64,000 nt of DNA from Thermoleophilia bacterium. Lineage in GTDB: Bacteria > Actinomycetota > Thermoleophilia > Gaiellales > SKUG01. The position numbers and the translations under genes are program-made. The stretch lies in assembly GCA_025964555.1 (NCBI GenBank), contig JAOPYQ010000009.1, positions 166,265-230,264 on the forward strand. The letters run 5' to 3'. Shown piece after piece: positions 19,286 to 29,433 of the stretch (its first letter is position 1; every line of letters begins with the position of its first letter). The notes beneath the pieces are model-generated. The model saw only the letters and a list, made by a program, of their open reading frames with translations. It ran no database searches and had not been told where the DNA came from.

Positions 19286-19851
19286 CCCAGCGCGTCCACT
19301 ACATCGCCGGCGCATCCGGCGTCGGCACGAGCACCAACGCGCGCGAGCTGCATCAGGAGTGGTCGAGCGAGCCTGACGCGCGCCCGGTATGCGTGATCGC
19401 CACCGACGTCGTGCGTGCCCAACTGCGCGCCGTGGTCGAGCGCGACGCGCACCCCGACCTGTGGGGCGAGAGCTTCAACCTCCCGGCGAGCGACGGCGAC
19501 ACCGTTCGTGACGGCGTGTCGATCGATGCGTTCCTGCGTCAGTGCGCGCCGATCATGCGCGCCGTCGAAGCCGGGGTCGAGTACGCGCTCACCGAAGGAT
19601 GGGACGTGATCGTCGAAGGCGTGCACCTGGTCCCGGACCTGGTCGAGCTCGCAGCGGGCGACGCCCTGGACGTCACCTTCGAACTCATCGTCGTTCCCGA
19701 TGCCGACGAGCACGTCGCGCGCTTCCGCTCACGCGACGTCGCTTCTAACGGCGGCCGGTCCGCATCGCACTACGAGGCGAACCTCGATCGGGTCCGCGCG
19801 ATCCAGGACGAGCTCGTGGAACGCTGGCAGGCACTCGAATCAGGCGCCTGA
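19282..19851 (+). CDS. 2-phosphoglycerate kinase-like P-loop kinase
   Basis: GASGVGTST, TD.VR, VIVEGVHLVP, H..RF. Confidence 0.7.
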   Translation: MTQRVHYIAGASGVGTSTNARELHQEWSSEPDARPVCVIATDVVRAQLRAVVERDAHPDLWGESFNLPASDGDTVRDGVSIDAFLRQCAPIMRAVEAGVEYALTEGWDVIVEGVHLVPDLVELAAGDALDVTFELIVVPDADEHVARFRSRDVASNGGRSASHYEANLDRVRAIQDELVERWQALESGA

Positions 19852-20091
19852 CCCATCCGGAAATCCGCTCGGAGCGACGATATGCGGCCATGGTCGTGAC
19901 CGCCCCCTTGCGAGCCTCAGTAGCGATCGACTACTGTCCTCCCTGCAACGAGTACGGAGCGCGACTAGGTCGAAGCTTCTCCGGACGGCTGTACCAGCGA
20001 TGGGAACGTCAGTCGGGGGGGTGGACGAAAGCGCAACCGGCTCGTTGAATCTTCTTCCGGGGCGATGTCGCCATGCCGGGCGGTGCCGAGC

Positions 20092-20931
20092 TCAGCGCTC
20101 GGCGAGCAGCTCGCTCCGCAGCGTTTCGTAGGTGTGGTCGTCACGCACGATCGCCGCGTGCGATACCCGCGAGAAGGGACCGAAGCGACGGCCCGCATCG
20201 ATCGCATGGAACGTCTTGCCATCGATCGCATACGACGACGGGTTGGGCACCACCCCATCCATCCCGTGCGTGCCGATCGACACGACGTCCGCTGCGCCTC
20301 GCGTGTCGTGCAGGTCCCGGATGAGATGACTGCCACGGCGGATCTGGCGCACGCCGAGCGGCGCGACGCGATCGGCGATCCAGTTCAGTCGGCCGAACGA
20401 GAAGCCGGCGTTGCCGGTGGCGATCGTGATCACGCGACCGATGCCGTGCCCGCCTCCGTCGAGCTGCGCGGCAGCGCGCGCCGCGAAGCCACCGCTCGAG
20501 TAGCCGATCACGTCCACGTGCTCCGCCCCGGTCTCAGCGCGGATGAGTTCCACCCGTGTGCGGATCAGGTCCTTCTGCTCGTGCAGGTCACCCATCCCGA
20601 AGTGCGGCATCGTCATCGATCGCACGTGGAAGCCGTCACGCGTGAGCGACCGGCCGATCGCGCTCATCGACCGCTCGTCGTTTGCATAGCCGCCGACGAG
20701 CAGCACCGGCGTTCGATCCGTACCAGCACCTGGCAGCGGGCTCCCGAGCGTCGCCACCCCCGCGGTCACGCCGTCGACGCGCCGAACGATCGAGCGCCAC
20801 AGTCGGCGGAAACGCCGCTCCCACACTGCGACCTCATCGAGCCCCTCACTGGTGCGTCGGCGACGACGCATCGCCACGCCCGCGACCAGCAGCGCGGTGA
20901 TGATCGGCAGGTGTCGGCGTCGGCGAGCCAT
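20092..20931 (-). CDS. Alpha/beta-hydrolase lipase/esterase
   Basis: PVLLVGG, GYSSGG nucleophile elbow, DGVV, SHAA. Confidence 0.8.
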   Translation of the reverse strand: MARRRRHLPIITALLVAGVAMRRRRRTSEGLDEVAVWERRFRRLWRSIVRRVDGVTAGVATLGSPLPGAGTDRTPVLLVGGYANDERSMSAIGRSLTRDGFHVRSMTMPHFGMGDLHEQKDLIRTRVELIRAETGAEHVDVIGYSSGGFAARAAAQLDGGGHGIGRVITIATGNAGFSFGRLNWIADRVAPLGVRQIRRGSHLIRDLHDTRGAADVVSIGTHGMDGVVPNPSSYAIDGKTFHAIDAGRRFGPFSRVSHAAIVRDDHTYETLRSELLAER

Positions 20932-20980
20932 CCGAGCAATCGTATCGATCGGCCTCGCGTCCACGCCGCCCAGTGGACGA

Positions 20981-23900
20981 TCAGGCTGCGCGGTCGCCCC
21001 AGAGGAAGTCGTCCCAGTCGTCCTCGTCGTCGCGATCGGTGTCGCGCGACTTTCGCCAGAAGCGCTTGAGGCGGGCGCGGAACCTCTTGCGGAACAGGTG
21101 GCGCACCTGGCCCATGCCGGGCGGATGACCGGGCACGCCTCCACCGCCACCGGACATGAGGGCCTTGCCCGCGAGCGCGAGCGGCTTGGCACCCCACAGT
21201 GCGGCGGTACCGGCGGCGCTGGCCGCGACCGACGCCTTGCCCTTGTGTTCGCCGGCCCAGTTCTTGAGGCGCTTGGCGGGGTTCTTCGTCTTCGTTGCCG
21301 CGCGCGAGGAGCGCTTGGTCTCGGTCGAGCTCGCGGTCGAGCCGTCGTCACCAACGCTGCCATCGTCGGCGACCGTGTCGCCAGGCACGTCGTCATCGTC
21401 GCCGGTCGCGTCGCCACCAGGCTGCGGAGTCCCATCGTCGGTCTTGTGACCACCGTCGCCGGTGGTGCCGGGCGTCGGGTCGGGCGTCGGCGTCGGCGGC
21501 GGCGCCGGGTCCGGATCGGGCGTCGGATCAGGCGTGGGATCCGGGGTGTTCTCGCGCGTGGTGGTCGTCTCGCCGTCCTTGATGCGCGCCACCGTCACCG
21601 GGATCGCCGAGGCGCCGTACATGACGTCGTTCGTCGCGATCTTCCAGACCACCTTGGCGGGATGCGGATCGAGTTCCTTCTCGCGATCGTTCACCGCGCG
21701 CACGCTGAACGTGACGACCTGCTCGTGCGAGCCCGCCGCGATCTTCTGCGACGCGGGCGAGATCACGAGCTGGTCGGCCGGCGTCGCCTCGGGCGTGATG
21801 GTGATGTCGCTCGTCGGATCGCCAATCGCACGGATGCGCAGCACCGAGCCCGAGGTCGCGCTCTCATCCAGCAGCAGCTGACCATCATCGTTGACGGTCC
21901 AGCTCTGGCCAGGGGTCGTCGCGAAGGCAGCGACATCGTCGTCCCTGATCGTGACCGGTCCCGACTTGGGCGGCACTGCCGCGAAGTTGGGATCGCCCGA
22001 TGTCAGCGTCGCCTCGCCGATCACCTGGTGCATCGGCGCCTCCGCGATCGTGTCGTTGGTCGCGTGGATCGTCGAGACCTGCACCTGGTTCCAGTTGGCA
22101 GGCGTGAACGTGAGCGGCGCGGTCGGCGACACCTGCCCACCAGACGTGCCCCACGTCACCGTCACGTCGCTTGTGGGGCGCGCGGTCAGTCGCGCGCGAA
22201 CCGTCGCGACGACGTTCGGGTCGGCCTCGCTCAGCACCGGATTGACCGGACCGTCGAGCTCGAAGCCAGCTGCGTCGTCGTCGGTGATCGTCACCGTCGC
22301 GCTCGAACCGGGCAGCGTCGCGTACTCCTCATCGTCGGCGTGCGTGGCGCCCGGGGTGTGCGTCACCGCAGTCGTGTGCGTGCCCTCGATGTCGGGGTCG
22401 TCGACGGCCTGCACCTTCACCGTCTGCACGGTGCTCCAGTTCGTGGGCGTGAAGGTGAGCGTGTCGGGCGTGGTCGACGGGGCCGCCGCGGCGACGCGTG
22501 CCTGCGTGCCGTGGCCGAGCGTCACTGTGACGTTGCCGTGCGGCTGCGATTCCAGGCGCACGCCGTAGGTCGTGCTGGTGGCCGGCTCGGCGACTGTCAG
22601 TCCGGCGGCAGGGATGACGAGCCGGACGCCGGCCTTGTCGTTGTCGGCCACCGTGAGCGTGCGAGTGACGGGCGTCAGGCCGTCGTAGCCGGCGTCACCG
22701 CCCGGTGCCGGGGAGCTCACCGTGAACGTGACCGCTCCCGTGTGAGGCGTGGGCTCGTCAACCTCGTCGTCGATAGCCGAGATGATGACCTGCTGCGGGC
22801 TGCTCCAGTTGAACTGGTCGAATGTCAGCTGCTGGGCTACGGCCGGCGTGACCTGACCGTCACCGGCGTACCTGACGACCACCGGCGCGGTCGGGGCGGA
22901 CCGCAGCGACACGTTGTAGGTGATGCCGGCCGCGCCGCCCTCGGCCACGCCCGGCGTCGCGGCAGGACCGTTCGTGACGACCAGGCCGACGACATCGGCG
23001 ATGTACGTCTTCGGGGTGGTCTGGCGCGTGACCCAACCGACGTTGTCAGCGAGCTCGATCGCGTACTGGTAGCAGAACCCGCGCTGGACGGTCGTGTCCT
23101 GCCAGGTCGTGGCCGCAGCAAGCGGAGCAGGATCGCTCCAGATCGGCATCCCGGTCGCGCTCCATGGCGTCGTCGAGATCGCGGCCGGGCACGCCTGCGT
23201 CGCGTCCAGCGGCTGCGAGCGTCGCAGCACGCGAGTCGTTGCGATCCCGGAACCAGCATCGGACCCCGGCGTGACCGTGAGCAACGCGGTGCTCGCGACG
23301 CCGTTGGGATAGTCGATGGCTCCGCCGGTCGGAGCCGCGCCGTCGGCCGTGACACGGAAGAGCTTGGCCGGTGCGTAGTTCCCGAGCGGGTCGACCGCTT
23401 GCGCGCTGGCCGTCCCCGACGTGGCGAGGCCGGTCCAGCTGTACGTCCACTGGTAGCCGGGTCCAGTCGTGTCGGCTCCACCGGCGGGCGACCAGCCAGG
23501 TCCCAGCGACGAGAAGTCCACGCGATCGACGCCCGCGCCCGCATCGGTCGCATCCAGCAACACGTCGAACGTGCCGCCAGCGCCGGCTGCTGCGTTGTAG
23601 AACAGCTCCGGCGTGGGGCCGGTCGTACGTATGTGCTGCTGGCCGGGGTTGAGCCGCTCCTGCAGCCGGAAGTTCGAGACGACGGGCCCAGCGTTGTCCA
23701 CGAGCACGCTCGGCAACGTGGTGGTGACGACGTTGTTGGCCCGGTCACGCCCAGTGAGGACGAGCGAGTAGGTGCCGTCCGGGACAGTCGCCGTGTTCCA
23801 TGGACAGCTCGTGATCCAGTCGGTTGCCACACCACTCGAGCAGATGTTGCCGCTCGCCGGGCCGGTGAAGTCGAGCGACGCGTTCGTGAGGTTCGTCACC

Positions 23901-26900
23901 GCATCGGTGACATTGACGCCGATCGAGACGGGCCCGGAGAGGGCGCCGGCGGGCGGGGTGATCGTCGCCGTCGGGGGCGCGTTGTCGATCTTGATCACGG
24001 GCCCCGGCGCACTCGACGTGGAGGTGCCCGCCCCGTTGGTGAAGAGCAGGTAGTACCGGTAGCAGAAACCGGGCGTCAGTCCGTTGTCCGTGTACGGGCT
24101 GACGGGGTCGCTCGGACCAACGAGGGAGCCCCCCGCCCAGGTTCCGCCGCACGTGTCGTTGCTCAGGGTCGTCGATGCCCGGTAGAGGCTCGTCCCGGCC
24201 TGGATACCGGATTCGGCATCGGTGGGGGTGTTCCACGACGGGACGGCCGACAGCACGTTCACGGACGTGGCGGCGTAGGTCATGGCACCGCCGACGGGCG
24301 CGGTCAGATCGACCCTGTGCCAGTTCGTGAGCAGGCTCTGGCCGGCCGGCTCGACCGTGATCGAGTTGCCGACGTTGTCGGTCACCACGTACCGGTACTG
24401 ATAGCAGCCGTTGCCGACCGTGTCGTTGTGGATGCCGCCGCCGGAGGTCCACGTGCCGAGGGTCGTCCAGTTGGCGAGGTCCGATGCGGCGGGACTGCAC
24501 GTCCCGTTCGCAAGCAGCGCCGTCTGGCGACGCTCGAGGATGCGCGAGTACACGCCCGACCCGGCGGGATCGGTGCTTGTGGGTACGGTGAGTGCGATGA
24601 CCGGGTTCGTCGACCACCCGAACCCGGGCGACATCTGGAGCGTGCCGACCGAGGGGAACGTGTTGTCGACGTTCACGGTGAACGGAGCGGCCGCGGTCTG
24701 GTTGACACGATCCTTGGCGACAATGTTGAGCGTGCCCGAGGATCCGGTGCCGCCCGCTGCGTTGAGCGTGTACGTGCGCGTGTAGTCCACGCGAGTCACG
24801 TAGGCCGCTTCGGTAATCGGCTGCTCGGTCCACCCGGGCGTGCCTTCCCACTTGAGCTGCATGCTCGCGCCCGCGGAATTCTCCATCCACTCGGCGGTGA
24901 TCGGCTGCGCCTGGTTGGCCGTGAACGACGTGGACGGCGACCACGCGAGCGCGCCCGCAGGGAACTCGTTGATCGTCGGCCACGTCCCGTCCGCGCCACC
25001 GACGTTGACGCGGACCGCGTCGTCTGCGAGTGCGTGGAAACGGTAGGTGCCCGACGATGCAGGAGCGACGAGAAAGCCCTTCCAGCGACAGGCGAACAGC
25101 TCGAAGCTGGCGTTGCCGTCGGCGCCGTCGTCGTAGCCGTGCAGCGTCCACATGAGGGCGGCCGGCAACGACGGAAGCTGGTCGGGGCGGTTGCCGACCG
25201 AGCCGTCGTACTTGATCGCGCGATCGATCGCCGATGCGCTGCCCTGCCCGGCTGCGGAGCCTGTCGCGAACGTCGAATCATCGAAGCACGTGAGGTTGAG
25301 GCCGCGTGGTGCTCCGACCACGGTGCCCGGTCCCGACCACTGGCCCAGTCCGGTGATCGCCGGCCACGTCACCGATTCGAGGCCCGAGACCTCGTTGTAG
25401 GTGTTGGTCGCTAGCTGGTACGTGTCGTACGCGCGTGCCTTCACGGTGAAGGTCGGGTGCAGCACCGGACCGTTGGAGCGCACGTACATGACCTTCGTGC
25501 CATCGACCCAGTGCGTCGCGTCCGCCGGGCTGACACCGGCGATCGCCTCGTCGACACCCTGGATGGATGCGACTGGTGCACGTCCGTCAGCGAGGGTCTC
25601 GAAGATGCCGATGCCATTGGACCCACCCACGAAGACGTAGCTGCCGGTGCGCTCGATGTCATTGGCGTCCGACCAGATCCCCGAACTCGGTGAATTCGGC
25701 GCCCACGTGCTCGCGATGCCGGTGCCGAAGTCGAGCGAGCCGAAGCGCGGACGCGGCGCAGCGTTGAGCTGCGTGAACCCACCAGCGAGGTAGGTGCCGT
25801 CCGCAGCGGCATCGATCGCCTTGATGTCGCCGCCACCCGGCATGTTGGAGCCACCTGGGTTACCGAGGAGGTCCGTACGGTGCAGACCTCCGCTCGGCGT
25901 GGTGAACGGGCCACCGACGTACACGTCGGTGCCAGTGACGGAGACGGCGTTCGCGGAGCCACCGATGATCGCCGGATCCCAGGGGCCGATGTTGCCGTTG
26001 CTGATGAGCACGGATGCGGCGACGCCGCTGTTGGCGGCGAACGCCGCCTGCGTGAACGATCCTGCGAGGTAGACGTTGGTCGCATCGGTGTCCATGTCGT
26101 TGACCGGGCCGTTGACGCTGGGATTCCAGCCGGTGTCGACTATGCCGGTTGCCACCGCAAAGCGCAGCAGGTTCGACGACGAGCTCGTGAACTGACCGCC
26201 GACGTAGACGAACGGGCCGTTGAGTTCGATGTCGTTGACGATGCGCGTCGCACCCGACAGCGTCGGGAGCGAGGTGCCCGTGATCTTCGTCCCGGAGTTC
26301 GGGTCGAGCGCCACGAGCGGCGAAGACGTCGCGTAGCTCGGCAGGAAGTCGCGTCCGCCCACGTAGATGGCACCCGTCGTCGCCTTGATCGCGAGCACCT
26401 CCTCGGTGCTGGCAGTACCATCGAGCACGAACGGGTTCCACGGCGTCGGTCGCCCGGTGGCGATGTCGATCTTGGCGAGCGAGTCACGCATCACGCCGCC
26501 CGCCGACGAGAACGCGCCACCGACGAGCACCGTCGTTCCGGCGTCCGCGAACGCGAACACGCCGCCCCCGAAGCGCGGCAGCCATTCCGTCACGGCGCCC
26601 GTGAGTGCGTTGAACTCGAACGCGCCCTTGGCCTTGATCGCGCCGACCTGGTCGAAGCTGCCACCCACGCGCACCGTGCCGCTCGTCGACAGCTGCACGG
26701 CGGTGGCCAGCAGCGGCACCGACCCGGACCAGTCGACGCTGCCGCCCGGGTTGCCGGTCAACGGCGTCACGCCACCACGGGGGAACACGGCCACGTGCGT
26801 GCGCGGGGCGCTCGGACCGACCACCGTGAACTCGCCGACGATCGCCATGCGCGCCGCGTCCACGTCGATCGCGTTGATCGCGCCGTTCGCGCTCGGATTC

Positions 26901-27754
26901 CAGCCGGTCGAGACGGGACTGGCGCCCGACAGGTCGAAGCTCGTGCCGAATCCTCCGAGGTTGGTGAATCCGCCCACCACGTACAGGTCGTCGCCCTGCC
27001 GCGCCATGTCATGCACCGCGCCGCTCGGGGCCGGCAGCCACCCCGCGTCCGCGACACCCGTCGTCGTGTCGAGGCGGATGAGCCTCGATCGACCGGTCAC
27101 GCCGCGGTAGGTGGTGAACTCGCCGCCGACGTACAGGGAACCGCTGCGCTCCTCCACCGCGTTGACGGAGCCGTTGAAGCCGATGCCGCTGAACGCCCGA
27201 TCGACGAATCCGCTCGTCACGTCGAACTTGGCGAGGTTCGTTGCGCCGTTGTTGTCGCCACCGATGTCGCTGAACAGGCCGGCCACGTAGAGCTTCGTGC
27301 CATCCTCCGACAGCTCCAGGTCGTTCACGCCGTTGCCACCGGTGAAGTCGCCCGAGTGGTTCCAGTCCGGATCGACCGCGCCCCATGGCAGCACGTGCGT
27401 CAGGTACCGGGCCGAGTAGCTGTCGGCCATCGTGAAGCTGCCACCCACGAACCAGCCGCCCCGACCGTCGGAGATGATGTCGCGAACGGCGCCACCCTTG
27501 AACGTCGGCCAGTCGATGCTCGACACGCTCGAATCCGGATCGATGCGAACGGAGCTGCCGGTAGGCGGGCCGATGTAGTCGAACTTGCCGCCGATGTACA
27601 CGTACTTGCCGTCGGGACTCGCCTCGACCGCATTCACTGCACCGGCAGGCTGCCAGGCGTAGTTCGGGTTCGTGGGGATCGCGCCGAGCGCCGTCGGGCT
27701 CGCGGCGAGCAGCACGCCGACCATCGCGACGAGCACTCCCAGCAGCACCTTCAC
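20981..27754 (-). CDS. Giant secreted surface protein (beta-propeller repeats, PA14, Ig-like and Calx-beta-like repeats, PT linker)
   Basis: Signal peptide from GTG 27754; repeated YVGGxF; PA14-like RWKGFLVAP...YRF...DDAVR; repeated TFT..NW...Q.V; PDPTP linker; about 2250 aa. Confidence 0.8.
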   Translation of the reverse strand: MKVLLGVLVAMVGVLLAASPTALGAIPTNPNYAWQPAGAVNAVEASPDGKYVYIGGKFDYIGPPTGSSVRIDPDSSVSSIDWPTFKGGAVRDIISDGRGGWFVGGSFTMADSYSARYLTHVLPWGAVDPDWNHSGDFTGGNGVNDLELSEDGTKLYVAGLFSDIGGDNNGATNLAKFDVTSGFVDRAFSGIGFNGSVNAVEERSGSLYVGGEFTTYRGVTGRSRLIRLDTTTGVADAGWLPAPSGAVHDMARQGDDLYVVGGFTNLGGFGTSFDLSGASPVSTGWNPSANGAINAIDVDAARMAIVGEFTVVGPSAPRTHVAVFPRGGVTPLTGNPGGSVDWSGSVPLLATAVQLSTSGTVRVGGSFDQVGAIKAKGAFEFNALTGAVTEWLPRFGGGVFAFADAGTTVLVGGAFSSAGGVMRDSLAKIDIATGRPTPWNPFVLDGTASTEEVLAIKATTGAIYVGGRDFLPSYATSSPLVALDPNSGTKITGTSLPTLSGATRIVNDIELNGPFVYVGGQFTSSSSNLLRFAVATGIVDTGWNPSVNGPVNDMDTDATNVYLAGSFTQAAFAANSGVAASVLISNGNIGPWDPAIIGGSANAVSVTGTDVYVGGPFTTPSGGLHRTDLLGNPGGSNMPGGGDIKAIDAAADGTYLAGGFTQLNAAPRPRFGSLDFGTGIASTWAPNSPSSGIWSDANDIERTGSYVFVGGSNGIGIFETLADGRAPVASIQGVDEAIAGVSPADATHWVDGTKVMYVRSNGPVLHPTFTVKARAYDTYQLATNTYNEVSGLESVTWPAITGLGQWSGPGTVVGAPRGLNLTCFDDSTFATGSAAGQGSASAIDRAIKYDGSVGNRPDQLPSLPAALMWTLHGYDDGADGNASFELFACRWKGFLVAPASSGTYRFHALADDAVRVNVGGADGTWPTINEFPAGALAWSPSTSFTANQAQPITAEWMENSAGASMQLKWEGTPGWTEQPITEAAYVTRVDYTRTYTLNAAGGTGSSGTLNIVAKDRVNQTAAAPFTVNVDNTFPSVGTLQMSPGFGWSTNPVIALTVPTSTDPAGSGVYSRILERRQTALLANGTCSPAASDLANWTTLGTWTSGGGIHNDTVGNGCYQYRYVVTDNVGNSITVEPAGQSLLTNWHRVDLTAPVGGAMTYAATSVNVLSAVPSWNTPTDAESGIQAGTSLYRASTTLSNDTCGGTWAGGSLVGPSDPVSPYTDNGLTPGFCYRYYLLFTNGAGTSTSSAPGPVIKIDNAPPTATITPPAGALSGPVSIGVNVTDAVTNLTNASLDFTGPASGNICSSGVATDWITSCPWNTATVPDGTYSLVLTGRDRANNVVTTTLPSVLVDNAGPVVSNFRLQERLNPGQQHIRTTGPTPELFYNAAAGAGGTFDVLLDATDAGAGVDRVDFSSLGPGWSPAGGADTTGPGYQWTYSWTGLATSGTASAQAVDPLGNYAPAKLFRVTADGAAPTGGAIDYPNGVASTALLTVTPGSDAGSGIATTRVLRRSQPLDATQACPAAISTTPWSATGMPIWSDPAPLAAATTWQDTTVQRGFCYQYAIELADNVGWVTRQTTPKTYIADVVGLVVTNGPAATPGVAEGGAAGITYNVSLRSAPTAPVVVRYAGDGQVTPAVAQQLTFDQFNWSSPQQVIISAIDDEVDEPTPHTGAVTFTVSSPAPGGDAGYDGLTPVTRTLTVADNDKAGVRLVIPAAGLTVAEPATSTTYGVRLESQPHGNVTVTLGHGTQARVAAAAPSTTPDTLTFTPTNWSTVQTVKVQAVDDPDIEGTHTTAVTHTPGATHADDEEYATLPGSSATVTITDDDAAGFELDGPVNPVLSEADPNVVATVRARLTARPTSDVTVTWGTSGGQVSPTAPLTFTPANWNQVQVSTIHATNDTIAEAPMHQVIGEATLTSGDPNFAAVPPKSGPVTIRDDDVAAFATTPGQSWTVNDDGQLLLDESATSGSVLRIRAIGDPTSDITITPEATPADQLVISPASQKIAAGSHEQVVTFSVRAVNDREKELDPHPAKVVWKIATNDVMYGASAIPVTVARIKDGETTTTRENTPDPTPDPTPDPDPAPPPTPTPDPTPGTTGDGGHKTDDGTPQPGGDATGDDDDVPGDTVADDGSVGDDGSTASSTETKRSSRAATKTKNPAKRLKNWAGEHKGKASVAASAAGTAALWGAKPLALAGKALMSGGGGGVPGHPPGMGQVRHLFRKRFRARLKRFWRKSRDTDRDDEDDWDDFLWGDRAA

Positions 27755-27850
27755 GTTCGCACACGCGCGTGGGCCCGTGCGGGTGACTGCGCTTCCATGC
27801 GGGTCGTCGTGATGCAGTGCTCGTCCTTGGCCAGGGCTCGACCGACGTTG

Positions 27851-27877
27851 CATCGTCCGATTTCTGGCTGACCTTGA
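27851..27877 (-). promoter_or_regulatory. Sigma28/WhiG-like promoter
   Basis: TCAAG-N15-GACGATG. Confidence 0.55.
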
Positions 27878-27977
27878 GCAGCCGCGCGCCCTCCCGCCCC
27901 GTTCGGCCCGTGCGAACCTGCAGTGCACGCAGCACCGACGCGATTTCGACACACAGGTGAATGATGCGACGACCGGC

Positions 27978-28004
27978 TCAAGCGCCAGCGCCAGACACCG
28001 ATGC
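27978..28004 (+). promoter_or_regulatory. Sigma28/WhiG-like promoter
   Basis: TCAAG-N14-ACCGATGC, ATG 7 nt downstream. Confidence 0.55.
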
Positions 28005-28011
28005 GATGGGC

Positions 28012-29331
28012 ATGGTGCTGCGCTCCCGACCCGCGATCTCCCGTCTGCTCCTGCTGCTCGCCTGCGCGTTGCTGGCGACGATCGTGCCGTCCGCCGCGCA
28101 GGCCGCCGCGCGCCCGTCGATGCCGTACGCGTGGCTCGACGTCGCTTCCGACACGGCCGCCACCGTGCGCTGGCTGCCCGTGACGGGCGCGTCCGCATAC
28201 GTGGTGCTGCTCGATGGTGCACAGGCGACCGAGGTCACCGAGACCGGCGTCGTGATCAGCGACCTGGATCCCGCGACGATGCACACGGTCCAGGTCCTCG
28301 CGCGCGGCGCCGGTGGCGAGTCCCCCAAGAGCGATCCGGTGGTCGTCATCACCCGAGCGAGCGCTGCCTGCACGCACTACGTGTCGACGAGCGGCTCTGA
28401 TGCCGGAACCGGCTCGGCGACGTCGCCGTGGCGGACCATCACCCGCCTGGTTCAGTCGTGGGAACCCGGCGCGGTGGGCTGCCTCGACGGCGCATTCGTC
28501 GAGGATGTCAGCATCCTGCGCGGCGGCACGAGCGCGGCGAAGGTCGTCCTGCGCGCGCGACCCGGGTCGGTCGCGAGCATCCGGGGACGGCTGTGGATCG
28601 CGCGCGGCGCCGACAACGTGGTCGTGGCGCACCTGGGGCTGGACGGTCGAGCGATCAAGGACACGGCCCGCAACTCGCTCCCGAGCCCGACGGTGAACGG
28701 CGCGAACGCGATGCTGCTCGACAACGACATCACGAACGTGCGAACGCGCGTGTGCGTCGTGCTGGGCTCGATCCGCGGATACGGAGCGGCCGTCGCGCCG
28801 GTGCTCGCCTACAACCGCATCCATGACTGTGGACGCCGCGGACAGAACACCCATCACGGGATCTACATGGAGAGCACGCGGCGCGCGAAGATCGTCAACA
28901 ACGTGATCTTCGACAACGCCGATCGCGGCATCCAGCTGTACCCGGACGCGCAGGGGTCGCTCATCGCGGGCAACCTCATCGACGGCAACGGCGAGGGCAT
29001 CATCTTCTCGGGCGCGGAAGGCTTCGCGTCGAGCCGCAACGTGGTGATCCGGAACGTGATCAGCGGCAGCCAGCTGCGCTCGAACGTGGAGCACTACTGG
29101 GAGCAGGGGCCGCGACGCGTGGGCGTGGGCAACGTGGTGGCGCGCAACTGCCTCGGTGGCGCGCGCCAGGGCAACTTCGCCACGCCGCTCGTCGGGTATC
29201 GCGCGGCGGGCAACGCGACCGGCGTGCTGCGCTTCGTCGGGCGGGCGGTCGACGACCTGCGTCCGACCGCCGAATCGGGATGCCGCAACCTGCTGCTGTC
29301 GAAGATGCTGCCGCTCGCGCGGGTCGCGTAG
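28012..29331 (+). CDS. Secreted FN3 + right-handed beta-helix protein
   Basis: Signal peptide; FN3; YVSTSGSD..GS..SPWRTI; HGIY, N.I.DN..RGIQ repeats. Confidence 0.8.
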   Translation: MVLRSRPAISRLLLLLACALLATIVPSAAQAAARPSMPYAWLDVASDTAATVRWLPVTGASAYVVLLDGAQATEVTETGVVISDLDPATMHTVQVLARGAGGESPKSDPVVVITRASAACTHYVSTSGSDAGTGSATSPWRTITRLVQSWEPGAVGCLDGAFVEDVSILRGGTSAAKVVLRARPGSVASIRGRLWIARGADNVVVAHLGLDGRAIKDTARNSLPSPTVNGANAMLLDNDITNVRTRVCVVLGSIRGYGAAVAPVLAYNRIHDCGRRGQNTHHGIYMESTRRAKIVNNVIFDNADRGIQLYPDAQGSLIAGNLIDGNGEGIIFSGAEGFASSRNVVIRNVISGSQLRSNVEHYWEQGPRRVGVGNVVARNCLGGARQGNFATPLVGYRAAGNATGVLRFVGRAVDDLRPTAESGCRNLLLSKMLPLARVA

Positions 29332-29433
29332 CGGCGTCTCACCACGTGGCGACCGTGGTATCTGACCACCAGCACATGGAGGTGGATTGCGACAGTCCAG
29401 TGACTGAGCGCAGTCGCGTCTAGGATCACGCGC

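Noticed and set aside
20852-25414. 1520-aa plus-strand ORF and similar long ORFs (12466-14907, 50309-53239, 46092-48509)
   Set aside because: Arg-rich antisense shadows of real genes, expected in high-GC DNA
27755-28222. N-terminal 156 aa of the 2413-aa ORF
   Set aside because: Overlaps the divergent gene and promoter motifs; the signal peptide starts at GTG 27754
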